Below, in pieces: positions 1 to 24,194 of a stretch of 64,000 bases of DNA (position 1 is its first letter; every line of letters starts with the position of its first letter). Both the position numbers and the translations under genes were made by a program. This stretch comes from the human T2T-CHM13v2.0 reference genome, Homo sapiens. The notes below the pieces were generated by a model. It made no database searches and had not been told where the DNA came from. It worked only from the letters and a program-made list of their open reading frames with translations. The stretch lies in assembly GCF_009914755.1 (NCBI RefSeq), contig NC_060931.1; one strand, given 5' to 3'.

Positions 1-218
1 TCATGTCTCAGCCTCCCGAGCATCTGGGATTACAGGCATCTGCCACCACACCCGGCTAATTTTTGTATTTTAGTAGAGACGGGGTTTTACCATGTTGGCC
101 AGGCTGGTCTCGAACTCCTGACCTCAGATGATCGGTTCGCCTCGGCCTCCCAAAGTGCTGTGATTACAGGCAGGAGCCACCGGTCCGGCCAAAATTTTAT
201 ATTTTAAAAATCAATTTA

Positions 219-542
<324 letters not shown>

Positions 543-799
543 TTAATGTAAAAGTGAAAACACACAGCCTTTACGCAGGGAACACAAGATATAATACTTG
601 GTAGGTGGAAAGTTCATTTCATAACATGAAATCTTTTTCTAAATTTGAAAAAAAAAAACTTTAAAATGGACATATCTTCTTTTTTAAATTGTTAATTGCT
701 TCTTTTAAAATTAATGGACTAATCGCAAAATCCAGTGATACATACTGATTATTTCATGCGTTTTACTGAAAATAATTTTGTAGTAAGAGGATTGTTCAA

Positions 800-1660
800 A
801 ATGACCCGCTCTGGGGGTCAAGGGGTCGGGCCCCCACTGCAGAGCCTGGAAAGGCAAAGACCCCCGAGGCTGCGCTCCCCTCGCCCTTCGTGTCGGGTCC
901 TGCCCCACCCGGCAGCTCCTGGGACCCGCTGTGCGGCCCAGGGCTGGGGGCCCAGGCTGCCCCTGCTGAGAAGCCAGGTGCGCGTTCAGCCCCCGGGAGT
1001 CTCTCCGAGGCTCTGTGCGCCTCATTCCTCCACGGCGTCACTTTTTAAAAAGATAATTGCTAATTATGTATTTTAAAATGTTAGCTTCCACGGACCGAAT
1101 GTTTCCCTTTCTGTTTAGAGTGGGGTTCCTAACCTCCTTCCAGAATAGCTCAAGGTCCCCAGTGCAGCCGCTTTGAAACAAAACCACTTGGTAACAGGAG
1201 CGCAGGACTATGGCGAAACCGCCAGGAAAGCTTCCTAAAGAGCTCAAACAAAACAAAACAAACCTTGGAAAGCTCAAGAAAAGCATCGTGGGTGACACCA
1301 GAATCTGGGACTTCATTCATTCATACATTCATTCATTCATTTTTAAAGAGGGTCGTTGGGAAGGAAAAGGGGAGGGGACGCCGGGCTGCAGGGCTCCTCG
1401 CAGGACACACGCTCCCCCTCCACGGGGAACCGGGGGTGGGGGCGCGGGCGTGGGGGGCCGCGCCAGCCCTGCGTGGGGTCCGGGACCACCGAACCGCGGG
1501 GACCCCTGATCCCGGGGGGGCCACTGAATTCCAAGGGGCCCCCGCCCGCCCGGCCCCACCCCCGCGGCGGGTTGCCTCTTCCTTCTTAAGAGGACGTCCC
1601 CTCCCGCTCTAGACGTCCTGGCCCTGTGAGACTGAGGCCCCGCCGGGGGCACCGTGGGAG
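800..1660. promoter_or_regulatory. CpG/GC-rich island upstream of RNY3
   Basis: Dense CpG and G/C runs at about 800-1040 and 1350-1660, split by an AT-richer spacer; not repeat-like. Confidence 0.65.
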
Positions 1661-1692
1661 TCTTTGATGGATGTGGCTGATGCAGGGTTTCC

Positions 1693-1911
1693 ATGCAAAT
1701 CACCCACAATGCTTTGAGCAGGGTTGCCCGAGCTCCTTTAATGTCACTGAAGAGAGAAGGACCTTTTTCTTACAAAGTCTATGTGTTTAACAGTTTTATT
1801 TTTTAAACATATGCTTTCTATTTGGGGTGTATTTATACTCTTCCTTTTTTTTAGCTCCTGTGAATAGTCACCGTAACTATGGTAGAGATGGAACTTTCGA
1901 GGCTTATATAA
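1693..1911 (+). promoter_or_regulatory. RNY3 type-3 Pol III promoter: octamer, SPH, PSE, TATA
   Basis: ATGCAAAT 1693-1700 (about -240); SPH/ZNF143-like CACCCACAATGCTTTGAG 1701-1718; PSE TCACCGTAACTATGGTAGAG from 1868 (-67); TTATATAA 1904-1911 (-31 to -24). Spacing is canonical for U6/7SK/Y promoters. Confidence 0.9.
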
Positions 1912-1934
1912 GTAGCAGCGTGCCTTTGTGTTTC

Positions 1935-2036
1935 GGCTGGTCCGAGTGCAGTGGTGTTTACAACTAATTGATCACAACCAGTTACAGATTTCTTTGTTCC
2001 TTCTCCACTCCCACTGCTTCACTTGACTAGCCTTTT
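1935..2036 (+). ncRNA. RNY3: Y3 RNA (Ro60/La-associated Y RNA), Pol III transcript
   Basis: GGCTGGTCCGAGTGCAGTGGTG...CACTTGACTAGCCTTTT matches human Y3 as I recall it. The terminal stem is complementary, it ends in a T4 terminator, and an intact upstream type-3 promoter marks it as the source gene rather than a retrocopy. Confidence 0.97.
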
Positions 2037-2759
2037 GCTGTGGTTTTGGGGTGGGAAAGCATTTTCTGTTCCCCAATACAGAACAGCCAAGATCCTGCCT
2101 GAAGGTTTTTCTTAAGCACACCACTACTTGCCAGTGAAGATGACTAGTGGACAGAGCACATTAAGTGTTTTTAGGAGCCTGGCATGCTCCGTGTTGAAAA
2201 GGGAGGTCCCCTCGTCTCTGAATTGTACCTTGAGAATAAGGAGAACCATAGGTTTAGGTGACCTAAGGAATGAACCATGTCTCACGCACCTCCTTATCCA
2301 CGGTGTCAGGCATGAAGAAGAGGGATCCAGGAGAGGGCAAAGGTCCGCAGAGTGCAGTGGTAAGAGAGCAAGCTTTTCAAATTGCAAAGTAATGTACATA
2401 GCATGATTCTATTTCACACTGAAAAGTAAAACACTTTGCACATCTGTGCTTAAGCTTGTCTGTGTTAATACAGTATTAGCAAGATCAAAGATGAAGAAAA
2501 TCCCAAGCTGTTAACCTAGAAATGATGCAGACACGAAGCTTTCCTCTTTACTGTGTGGTGGGGAAACTGCTCACCTCGGACACGATGGTTCATGGTATTA
2601 TCTCTAAACCTGGATCCACCAAGCTTTGCTTTTCTTGTAAAACATAAAGATTTTGGTATTGGAAAATATCCCCTTTCTCTTCGCAAATGCCGCGCTTTTG
2701 CAAATCAAAATTATTTTGGCTTCAAACTACTGTCTGTGCAATGACAGTAGGATATAGTG

Positions 2760-2849
2760 TGCAATATTTGGGACATACTTATGCTAAAAATCTATTTACA
2801 CTATTGTTCAAATTTGACCAGGCATCCTGTATTTTATCTGACAATCCTA
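2760..2849. mobile_element. Half MER53 MITE
   Basis: GGGACATACTTATGCTAAAAA...GGCATCCTGTATTTTATCTGACAATCCTA resembles one arm of palindromic MER53. Confidence 0.7.
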
Positions 2850-3806
2850 TCTTATTCAAATACGTCTTAGGAAAGAACTAATGCCAAACTCTTTTCTTCC
2901 TCAAGTTATCATATTACTCTGAGCTGGCCTTATAGTTGCACTGGGCATTCATTATTGCTTTGCAGATATTATCTGGTTAGGAAGTTTCTGGAGATAGGAT
3001 ACATATGTCATCAAGACTGATAGAATTGTGCAGTCTCATATCTGTGGAATGAAATCAACCTAAAGTCAGAGAAATTGACTCTGCTCTCGTGTTAGTTTCG
3101 TAGTGTCCATATTAACAGTTATTCCACCATCAACTACATACTTTTTTCTCTCTCTCTCCCTCCCTCCTAACTATCCATCCATCTATCTTTTAGTTTTTAG
3201 CAATGTTTCCACTGACTGGAATAGTACAGCAATTGGTTTCATGGCTTTGTTGACATTGTTTGATTGCTGGTTTTTCTTTGCGGGGTAGCAGAGAGAATAC
3301 TTTTGGGGAAGAAAGGTTATTCTGGCTCTGCAAGCAATGAACTCAGTGGCTGACTCTCGGCTGCTTATGTGATCTCTCTCAGAACCTCAGTTTCTTCATT
3401 TGTAAAATGATAATGTCTGTCATACTAATTTAACTGGACTGCAAAGAATATTAAATGAAATAGGTCATATGAAAATACCCTGTACCTTATAAAACACAAT
3501 ACAAATGTATTCCTTTGCAAATATCAAATGGTGACTATGGCCAATAGACTGTTACTCTCTTGCAATATCATTTAATTGCCATTATTCCTGAGATACAGTG
3601 ACAGTCCTGTGTTCATAGCTGGTACGTGATCATAGCAACATCAGTTGGCTTGAACAATCACTGTAATTAAGGCATATCTATTATTGAAGAAGCAGCAAGC
3701 TAGCTGTACGGGAAAAGCCTCGGGACTTAGATTGAGGAGACCCTTAAGTCTTGACTTCCTGATTCAGTTACCTCTCACCAGGTTCCCCCTCAACACCTGA
3801 GAATTA

Positions 3807-4183
<377 letters not shown>

Positions 4184-4666
4184 CTATAAGAAAAATTTAA
4201 ATATTCTTTTGTTGTATACACATTTGTGGCAGTCACACTGTACTGCAACACCACCACAATCTCATCAAACAACACTTTGCCTCGAGGCTGTTAGGAATGT
4301 ATACTTCCATGTAGCGAAGAGGGAAGGAAGATCAGTGTAATGACCCTTTGTTTCTGATGAGGAGGCAGCTGCGTGGCTTTCTAAAGGCTACATAAGAACC
4401 TAAGGGCTGAACCAGGATTAGAAAGTGGCTCTGGTGCCTCACGTGGTGAGCATCCCGCAATGTACTCTGCCCTCTTCCGCCTTCTCTATTTTCAAACTCT
4501 TGGACTTGGTTTGTCTTCCTCCAAAATACTTTCTCTCTGAAAATGTTCACATCTCTTAGCTTCAAAACTTAACTGGATTGTCGACTTTGAAATGCCTCTT
4601 AATTTTGTCCATTGAGTGTTGTATCATCAAATACCAGTCCTTAATCCTACTGATATTAAAACATTA

Positions 4667-5027
<361 letters not shown>

Positions 5028-5311
5028 TCACCCTCATCCCATTTCCTGTCTTTGATCTCTTAGGACATACTATACCATCTTTACCAATAATTGGTCCGTA
5101 GTATCTATTACTATTTATTTGATTTTTGTTTTCTTTTTCCTTCTTGTCTGTGATGGGTTTTCCCAAATTTACTGTTTGTTTCTGGAAGAAAAGAATAGTA
5201 CTTCGTTTTCCCCCTGTATTCCATGCTTTATTTAATGATGCTGACTTTCAACATTTTAAAATTGAGATGAAAACAAGAAACGAGGGATGCCAGGAGAGTG
5301 GAAACTCTCGT

Positions 5312-5424
5312 AAAAGACTAGTCAAGTGCAGTAGTGAGAAGGGGGGAAAGAGTAGAACAAGGAGTTCGATCTGTAACTGACTGTGAACAATCAATTGAGA
5401 TAACTCACTACCTTCGGACCAGCC
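5312..5424 (-). ncRNA. RNY1: Y1 RNA, Pol III transcript
   Basis: Reverse complement reads GGCTGGTCCGAAGGTAGTGAGTTATCTCAATTGATTG...CACTTGACTAGTCTTTT (113 nt), matching human Y1; intact promoter upstream on the - strand. Confidence 0.97.
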
Positions 5425-5448
5425 AATAAGTCCTCCTACTGTTTGAAC

Positions 5449-5658
5449 TATTTAAAGCCCCCAAATTTGTTCATTTTCCCCTTACAGTGATATTCTGGTT
5501 TCAGTTTACTGATGACTATATTTACAATATTAATGATATATATATACTCTAAGAATTCCCTGGCACATCTATTTATCAATAGCTGGAAAAACGTACTGAA
5601 TAACAAGAATCAGACGTGTTGCTAAGCATCCTGGGAAAGAGATATGCAAAATTAGCAT
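5449..5658 (-). promoter_or_regulatory. RNY1 type-3 Pol III promoter
   Basis: On the - strand: TTTAAATA (5456-5449, -32 to -25), PSE TCACTGTAAGGGGAAAATGA (5490-5471) and SPH TTCCCAGGATGCTTAGCA (5637-5620). Octamer variants ATGCAAAA/ATTAGCAT (+ strand reading) at 5644-5658. Confidence 0.88.
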
Positions 5659-7049
5659 TTCGTCATCAGGGCGTCTTTCCCCCGGTTTGTCTTGAGTGGC
5701 TCAGCCACCGCAAGGTACCAGAGAGCCGCCCAATCTGCGCTGGCCTCCTTTATCTGTTTGCTGTGTGACCCTCCGGACAGCTCTGTGGGACCTGGAGGAA
5801 ACTGTGAGCCCTACAGATAAAGTCTGTGCTTCCAGCGTCGGTAAATCCCAGCAAGCGCCACTACCTGGAGGCTGACACTTTCCCATCTTGGCAGTCAGCT
5901 CCCTACAGAGGTGCTTCTCCCACTGCCCAAGATCCCTGCCTCCTCCTTAAACCCCAACTGATAGAACAGAAACCACCACCTAAGGAACGTGAAGGGGAAG
6001 CATCTGAAACACCAGAAGATCTTGGATTGTTCCTGAGGACTTCAGAATCTACAGGGACAAAAGGCAGAAGCAGGAAGTCCGAAGTAAAGATGACTAAGAA
6101 AAGGCGGGTGGAAAAGATTTCTGTGAAAGTGTCAGAGGCAAAGCTCTGAAAGACCTGAAACTCATGCCGAAAGCAAAGAACAGCAAAAAGACAGTAGGGA
6201 TGTGTCTGGAGCAACAAGGATCGGGCTGTTCCTGGGGCAGCCGAATTCACAGCTCTGTTTTACTCCTAATGGAGGATCTTCCTGCTGCAGCGGCGAGTAG
6301 ACCTTACTGTAAAGGTGCAGGCAAGGGGAGGGGAAGGGCAGGCAGCTGCCCATTGGAGTTCACATCTCCAAGCCTGAGAAAATGTGTTCCTGGATGCCCC
6401 AAGCCAATGGAAAAGCAGAATCATTGACTATGTTTGACTCCTTCTGGTACCTAGCACAGTATCTGGGACACAGCAGGTGCTATGTAAATGTGTTGAGTGA
6501 ATGAATGAATGAATGCCATTGAGGAGAATGAATAACCCCAGAAAACTAGACATGGGTAGATGTTGTCCTAATTTCAAAAGAGGGGAAAATGAGAGTGAGA
6601 GTTTCATAAATGACAATCTCTAAACGATGTTGCTCTCTAGCAAAATTCTAGAATGGATTATTTTAAGAACAAAGCAGGTAAACATTGGCAGCCAACTTGA
6701 AATTAATAAGAAAAAGGTGTGCGCCAGAATAGTTTTATTTCCTTTTGTTTTTCATTGTACAGCTTGATTTGACTAAGTTGTTTATACCTTTCACTCTGCC
6801 TTTGCATGCACTGGGGGTGATCTAGTCTACTATGTGGACTGGAAGTCCACCCAGTGGCCAGGCTCAGAGGCAGGGAAGGGGGGTTGGTGCCATTCTGGGA
6901 GAGGAGGTTTCTGGGGCTGTTTCTCAGCCAGATCCTGTCTCATCTGTTTCCAACAACCCCACAAATGAAGACACTGAAGCTGACTAATCAAATTGACTGA
7001 TGCCCCAATAGGTGTCATGATATGCAGTGAGAATCCGGCAGGCATTAGA

Positions 7050-7279
7050 GATGAACAGCACGGGCTGCAGCCACATTATCTCAGCTTGAGTCCTAGTTTT
7101 CACCAGCTACTAGCTAGCTATCTCTGGTCAAGTCACTTACCTTGCTTGAGCCTCAGTTTCTCCATCTAGAAAATGGTCATAATCGAAGTATCTATCTTAT
7201 AGGGTGTTGGGAAGATTAACTGAGAAGCCACATAGAGTTTACTGGCACATTAAAAAAAGAAACTATAAGAATGTTAGCT
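7050..7279 (+). mobile_element. MIR
   Basis: CAAGTCACTTACCTTGCTTGAGCCTCAGTTTCTCCATCTAGAAAATGG resembles the MIR core. Confidence 0.75.
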
Positions 7280-9583
<2,304 letters not shown>

Positions 9584-9959
9584 TCAGGGTTCAGAATCAT
9601 TTTTCCTGGCTGACTGGACACAAGCTAACAAGAAACAGACATAAACTAACAAGGTAACAGACATAAATTATCAGAGCTGAAGTTTCCCTTTTCAGTTAAA
9701 AAACAACAAATCTGACCAAGTACCAGATAAGAGAATCCCACACAGTAAAAATGCAAATACTTGTGTAGTTTCACAGAAGGCTGTCATTGTCCCTGAAGTC
9801 TGTTCTCACTGGGTGGAACCCAGGGCCCAGGGGTCAGTTTGGGGTCCCATATTTTAAAAAAGACGTCAACAAAGAAGAACTGCCCAGGGCAAGGTGAGCA
9901 AGATGGTGACACACACTTCCTCCAGGTGAGTGATTCTTGACTTTGCAAAAATGCTTTCA

Positions 9960-17360
<7,401 letters not shown>

Positions 17361-17451
17361 CTACCTCTCACTTTTGCTTCCCAAGCTTTCTGCAAGATTT
17401 AAAAACACTAAGTACTAAAAACTATACTGAATACTGAATAAACATTAAATA

Positions 17452-18323
<872 letters not shown>

Positions 18324-21210
18324 TACCTCTTTAATTCATTATAGTAGGAATCAAATAATCAATCATGTCCACTCGAGTTTAATCCCTTTGCTGCACCGGG
18401 TAGGGTCTGAGGTTGTGCACCTGGTGGCCTGGAGGGTCAGATTTGTCCATGGGGCTCCTGGAGCCCTTCCTAGCTCACAGCCCTTACCCTAGGGCTGGCC
18501 CACCTTGACAGGGGATGCCTTGGTCCTTCCAAGGGCAGGTGTGTGCTCAGAAGACAGACTCAGCTGACGAGACTTACGTGTTAGGAGAGCTGATCATTCG
18601 GGAACTCGTGGATCTGTGGGATGTGTAGTCAAAGCCAGGGACCTTGAAGTCAAAGGTCCTATCCATCTCCTGGAGGGAGGCCTGGCCTGCCGGGGCTACA
18701 GGCTCTGAGAGGCTCTTCACCCAAGAACCCCACGGAAGTTTTATTTGTTTGAGCTCCATTATTTCCCAAGCCAAGTAACTCACAGATTCTACTCTAGTGG
18801 AGTGCATACTAACCTCCTTCAGAAGGCTTCAACACGTTCTAGGAGCTGCTGATGCACTGAAGGACACCTGTTCTGAGTTCCGCTCCAGCTTCCCAGTTTA
18901 CCCACCCTGTGGCTCTGGGGGAAATTCTTTACTATCTGACCTCTGCTTCCTTTTCTATGAGGCAGAGGTGATATGACCTAGACAGGCAAGACCTGTCCTT
19001 CCTCCATCATATCCTCAAAAAAAAAAAAGGGGCGGGCGGGGTGGGATAGGCACAGGTTTAAACATGGAGCAACATTTTGTTTTAGGTGGGTGATGAGTAA
19101 AGGGTGTGTATTATCCTAGTCTCTTTACTTTTGCATATGCTGAAAAGTTTCATAAGTGACAAAACCCTTCATTCAGAAACCTGGGCATCTTATCCGTCTT
19201 CTTGGGTCCACTCACCCACCCTCAGCATCTGATCAGTCTCAGAGCCCTGGAGATCCTGCCCCCTTATCCCTGAGACCCACTGGCCACCCACAATGCAGCC
19301 CACCCTCGCTCCCTTGCTCCTGAGGGAGGTGCCACAGCATTGAGAGTGGCCTGCGCTCACATCCCCACTCTGTTTGCTACTCAGCCCCACATCCCCCTCC
19401 TTTCTAGCTGTAAAATGAACGCAAGAACCTACCTCACAGGTCACTTAATGAGACAATCTGGCAATGCTCAACATGGGTTCTGGCTTTTGCTTAAGGCGAG
19501 ATAAATGTTAACTGTTACTCGTCATCAATCTCAATCTCATCACATCACCTCCCTGCTGGAAACCATCAATGGTTCCCTGCAAACTAACATAAAGGTCAAG
19601 CTCCTGAATGCAGGCCCCCCAACCTGGCCCTGCCTCTCCTACCCTCAGCAACCCAGCCTCCTTGCACAGTGCTCCGTGGCTGGTGAAGGGGAAGGAGGGA
19701 AGTTTGCTTCCTCCTCCTCCTCCTCCCAGCTCCTGAGTCGGCCTCTCCAGGCCTGCAGCTGGGACAGTCCCCTCTTGGGTTCCCATGGCCCCGTACATAC
19801 CTTCATCGTGGCACCGATCACGCTGGGCTGTCATCAACCTACTTGCCCGTCTCCTTTCTGAGGTCCCTCACAGGTCCAGGGTAAATTCCTTCAGTGGTCC
19901 CGCCTTTTGCAGGCAATGTAGAGGGAGCTGACTCAGTTAAGACACTCTTGGGCTACCTGACTTCCAGACTATTTCCAAAGAGGAAACATTTTGATTTTTG
20001 CCTCAGGGCCTTTGCACATGCTGGCCCCAAGCCTGGAACATTTACTCCTGGTATTTCCCAGACTTCAATATGCCTGTGACCCTCCTGGGATCTTCTTATA
20101 CGCAGAATAATTCAGTAGGACCGGGGCCCAGCCTGAGACTCTACAGTTCTGACAGACATCCCAGTGATACCAAAGCTGCAGGTCCCTGGACACTCCTTTT
20201 TTGCCATCAGCTCAAGCCAACTTCTCCCGAGGGTCTTGGCTTAGATGTCACTTCAGAGCAGGGCTTCCCTGACACCTACACGAAGTGAGGTCACACTGCT
20301 GCTCCTCCCCAGAGAGGGGCTGTCTTCCTCAGGGCCCTTTGAACCCATGGGAGCCCTACCAGGACAGGAATCACTTTGTTCTCATGGTAGAGCGCTGAAC
20401 GAATGGACTTCTGCTTCCGGAAACAGCCTTAACCGCTGCCCTACCCCAGGTCACAACTCCAAGCTTTTCGCCAGTGTTGAGGGGAAGGGCCTTGAAGAAA
20501 GGGCCCATCCCAGGACTGAGGGCCACCTGCTCTCCTGATGTGAGGGAGGGCACGATGGTTGGGGGTGGGGATGGGGGTGGGTGCAGAGACTTCTCATCAC
20601 ACAGGGAACTTACAGAGCACGGCCCACCCACAACTCCCAGCCTGCCCTGGCCAGGCTTAACTCTACAGCGGATCATCTCCCAGCCTGCCCTGGCCAGGCT
20701 TAACTTTACAGCGGATAATTGGGTAAGTCCACCAAGGCTGCCCCTTCCTGGGAGACCCAATGCCTCCTGCCCCCACCACCCCCAACACACACGTGTCACT
20801 GCTGCAGGAGCTGCCGTCAGCGCAAGGTTTCACCCTTGCCACTCTTCAGCCACAATTGGGAGCAGCTGAGTGACGGGGGAGGCGCGGGGTGAGGACGGTG
20901 ATGGCTCATCTCGAACAAGCCTGTGATGAAATGAAGCCCAGGTCTTACTCAAATGCCCTGGAACCCTTATGGCACAGAACCACCTCTACACAAGCGCCGG
21001 TCCAGCGGAGCCGCCACCCCAGGAGAAGCGCTGAGGGGAGACCTCTGAAGCTCCTCAGCCTAGGTCAGGATGATCTCCACCCACCTGTGTCTGGAAGGAG
21101 GTGGGGGCTACTGCCAGGCCTCTGCAGGGCTTAGCTACATCCAGCTCCTGCCCCACCCCGAGGCTCCCAGCAGCACAGATCAGATGTTTTCTAACGCAGT
21201 TCTTAACGTT

Positions 21211-21227
21211 TTTAATCGTGTTTTATT
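21211..21227 (-). terminator. PDIA4 polyadenylation signals (AATAAA then ATTAAA)
   Basis: + strand TTTATT 21222-21227 and TTTAAT 21211-21216, about 710 nt past the stop. The 3' UTR has U-rich tracts at about 21600-21830. Confidence 0.8.
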
Positions 21228-21934
21228 CCATTGCCACAGCCTACTCTACCTTTTCTACCACCCCGCAGTATCTGCCTCTGGGTCCAGGGTCCTTTCTGCT
21301 CCGGCACTGGGGGCTCTCAAGAGGTGGGGCTGCCACGTGGGTGGCCTCTCCCTGGAGCTGAGCCCACCCTGGGGGACCCTGGATCATGCCCCTTTGCCCC
21401 CAGCCCTTGGTTTGCAGGGAGGCCGCCTGGCGATGCCCAGCCTGAAACAGCACCCCTGGCAGGGCTGCTCAGTGGCAGCTCTCACTTTGTGCTCAACAGG
21501 AAGCAATCAGAAACACATACCAGAAGCCAAATCTACGCCAACAATTTCTCAGACAACGAAAAAGCAAAGAGCAAAATCAACATGATTTGGAAAAGGAATT
21601 TTAAACCTTAAATTAAAAAAAGAAAACATTTTCACACAGAAGAATTATCTGCTTTGAGAAATAAAGAAATTAGAAGGTGTAAAAAAAAATTTTTCAAACC
21701 CCAAATAATGATAAAAATAGATGTATCCTCTGTAAAAATCTGGACTAAACTATTCAGTCATTCATGGTTATTCAGTATTCAGAGCATGAAGTGAAACACC
21801 AAAGTATAAAAAATTAAAAAAAAAAAAAAAGGAATCCGAGATACTGTCGTTTGTTGCCGGCCTCGGCGTGGACGCCCCGACCATGGGCCACGCAGGGCGT
21901 CTGCCTCCTCCCACCTTCCGCAGACCTCAGGCCT

Positions 21935-22350
21935 TCAAAGCTCTTCCTTGGTCCTGCTCAGTTTTGTGGCATGTTCTTCTATAAACTTGCTCAAATGCTC
22001 CAGATCTCTGTCTCCACCCTCAAATTTAACTGGGTTCTTTTTGTCCCCACTGGGGGCGAAGTAGATGGTGGGGAAGCCCTCCACCTTATAGCGGTCGCTG
22101 GGGACGTCGTTGGCAGTGGCGTCCATCTTGGCGATGACCAGGCCCTTTTGGCCCTTGTACTTCTTGGCCAGGCTGTTGTACACGGGCTCTAGCTGCTTGC
22201 AGTGCCCGCACCATGGCGCGTAGAACTCGATGAGGACGTCCTTCTTGGGGTCCATCACAATGGAGTCAAAGGTCTTTCCCACCACGACCTTGACGGGTCC
22301 CTTGTTGTTCTTGGGCACTGGCTGGGATTTGATGACTGGCTTCAGTTTTC
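21935..22350 (-). CDS. PDIA4: PDIA4 exon 10 coding part (a' domain, WCGHC, KEEL ER-retrieval signal, TGA)
   Basis: GGCAG|, GKLKPVIKSQPVPK...FYAPWCGHCK...RTKEEL*; 416 nt. Exon lengths sum to 1938 nt = 645 aa plus stop. Confidence 0.98.
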
Positions 22351-23281
22351 CTGCCAAGGAAAGCAAGGCGGGAGGGGGCGTCAGTGCTGCAAAGGCCAAA
22401 GATTCTGGGGGCTCTCTCTGGACCAGGCAGTGAGGTTGGTGTGGCCACCAGACGGGCCAGTCACACAGGAAGAGCCCACTACTGTAGAAAGTAGTAGCTG
22501 CTACTCTCTACTCTCTGTCCTTGCAAAGGCCAGAGAGGTTGCAGGTGGCTCCAGCCCAGACCTAATGGGCCATCGGGTCCTGTCAGAGAGGCCATCACAA
22601 GAGTCACTGCCCAGGCAGAGGAGTTCCCGTAAGCACTGGCACTGAGGGCCCGGGAGCCATGGGGGGGAGGTGCCAGGACAACCCACAGACATCGGAACAG
22701 CATGGCCTGCCCACAAAATGTGGCCAGCGCTGGGGGCCTGGGGCCATGTGCTCAGCCAAGATCAACAGGCTCTGTTTAAAGCTGTACAGCAAGGTGGCCG
22801 AGGGTGAAGAGGCTCTGAGTCAGGCTCTGAAGCCACAAGGGGTGTTCAGCACACCCAGACTTTGCCCTGTCTGGGCTCCATCTTCAGATGCCCCCTCTGC
22901 ACACCCCGGCCCTAGTCTGGAATTTTAGCACATCAGCGCTGGAAATGTGCTAAGGCCGCTGAGTGATGCTAGGTAAGCCCTGAGATGGACTCCGAATCTT
23001 GCTTTTGCTTTCAAAGTAAACACTGGGAGAACTGCCAAGAAGAAAATAGTAACACTTGCAAATCCTTCTTCTAAGCTATTCTGGTGCCTTGGAGTTTGGG
23101 GTCACACCCGACATTTCTCTGGACGAGAAGTCAGAGTCCCTCGGGGGTGAGAGAGGACTGCTGGCTGACTTAAGGGGGTGTCGTGCCCGTGGCCAGAGCA
23201 CCAGACGCCCCTGGCCTGTCTGGATTCCGCACGAGGAGCACAGCAGCTGATGGGAGACCCCAGCCCCAGCCACGGGCTCAC

Positions 23282-23515
23282 CTTTTTTGAAAGCAGTGAC
23301 AAACTCGCGGAGGGTGTCAGAGTCAAACTCCTCTGGCTCCATGGCGAACTTCTTCCCACTCTCGTCCAGGATGGCGGCATTGACATCCTCCCCACTCTCG
23401 CTGAGCCCCAGGTCCTTCACCTCCCCAGCATAGTCCTCTTCGTCCGCAATGGCAAAGGTGTACTCAGGGAAGTCCTTGGCCACCTCTAGGACTTTGCTCC
23501 GCCAAAACTGAGTTG
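23282..23515 (-). CDS. PDIA4: PDIA4 exon 9 (b' domain)
   Basis: TTCAG|, ATQFWRSKVLEVAKDFPEY...TAFKK, G|GTGAG; 234 nt. Confidence 0.97.
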
Positions 23516-24037
23516 CTGAAAGGGACCAAGGGCCATAAGCCAGGCGGCCACACAGAGCAAGTCCCAGCTCAGACTCTGAGGTCAGGCTTCAGGTCCTGTC
23601 GCTAATATTCTGACAATGCTCAAACCCTGGATTTACCTCAATTGGAGGGAAACATGTTTCTGGAAAAGCCCCACTTGTCACGGGGGCCACAGCTGCAAGC
23701 CCAACAGGCCCTTAAGACCTGTGCCCAGGTGGCACGGCCACGCCTGCCTGGGGCCAGGGCTGGTCTAGTCCCAGCTCTGCAGCCTCTGAACTCCTCCAAG
23801 TCTCAGCTACGTCAACTCTAAGAGGGTTCTGCACCTGAATCTAAGCTCCCATCCTGCTAAAAAGGGAAGCCATCAATTAAAAAATATACCTGAGCCACCA
23901 ACGTGCAAGGGCCCCAGGCTGGGATTTCTGAGTGAGCCATGTACATACAGCCACACCTCCCCTCAACACTCCACCTTGCCTGAAAGAACGAGTCCCCCCA
24001 CCCCCCACCCCCGCAGGTCTTGGTGGGGGTCCCTCAC

Positions 24038-24194
24038 CAGCTCTGTAATCAAAGCTGAAGTCCACACTGTAGTAGACGACCACCAGGGGGCGCCTGGTGT
24101 AGCGCTTAGCATCGTTTGACACCTTGCGGTGGCCAACCAGGGGCAGGGCGTACTTCAGCACGAAGTCCTTGATGGCCGAGTCCTGGGTGGAGCC
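24038..24194 (-). CDS. PDIA4: PDIA4 exon 8
   Basis: AAGCAG|, GSTQDSAIKDFVLKY...FDYRA, G|GTGAG; 157 nt. Confidence 0.96.

Noticed and set aside
5826-6149. 107-aa ORF within the GHET1 region
   Set aside because: GTG start and no homology recognised; a micropeptide cannot be supported without Ribo-seq.
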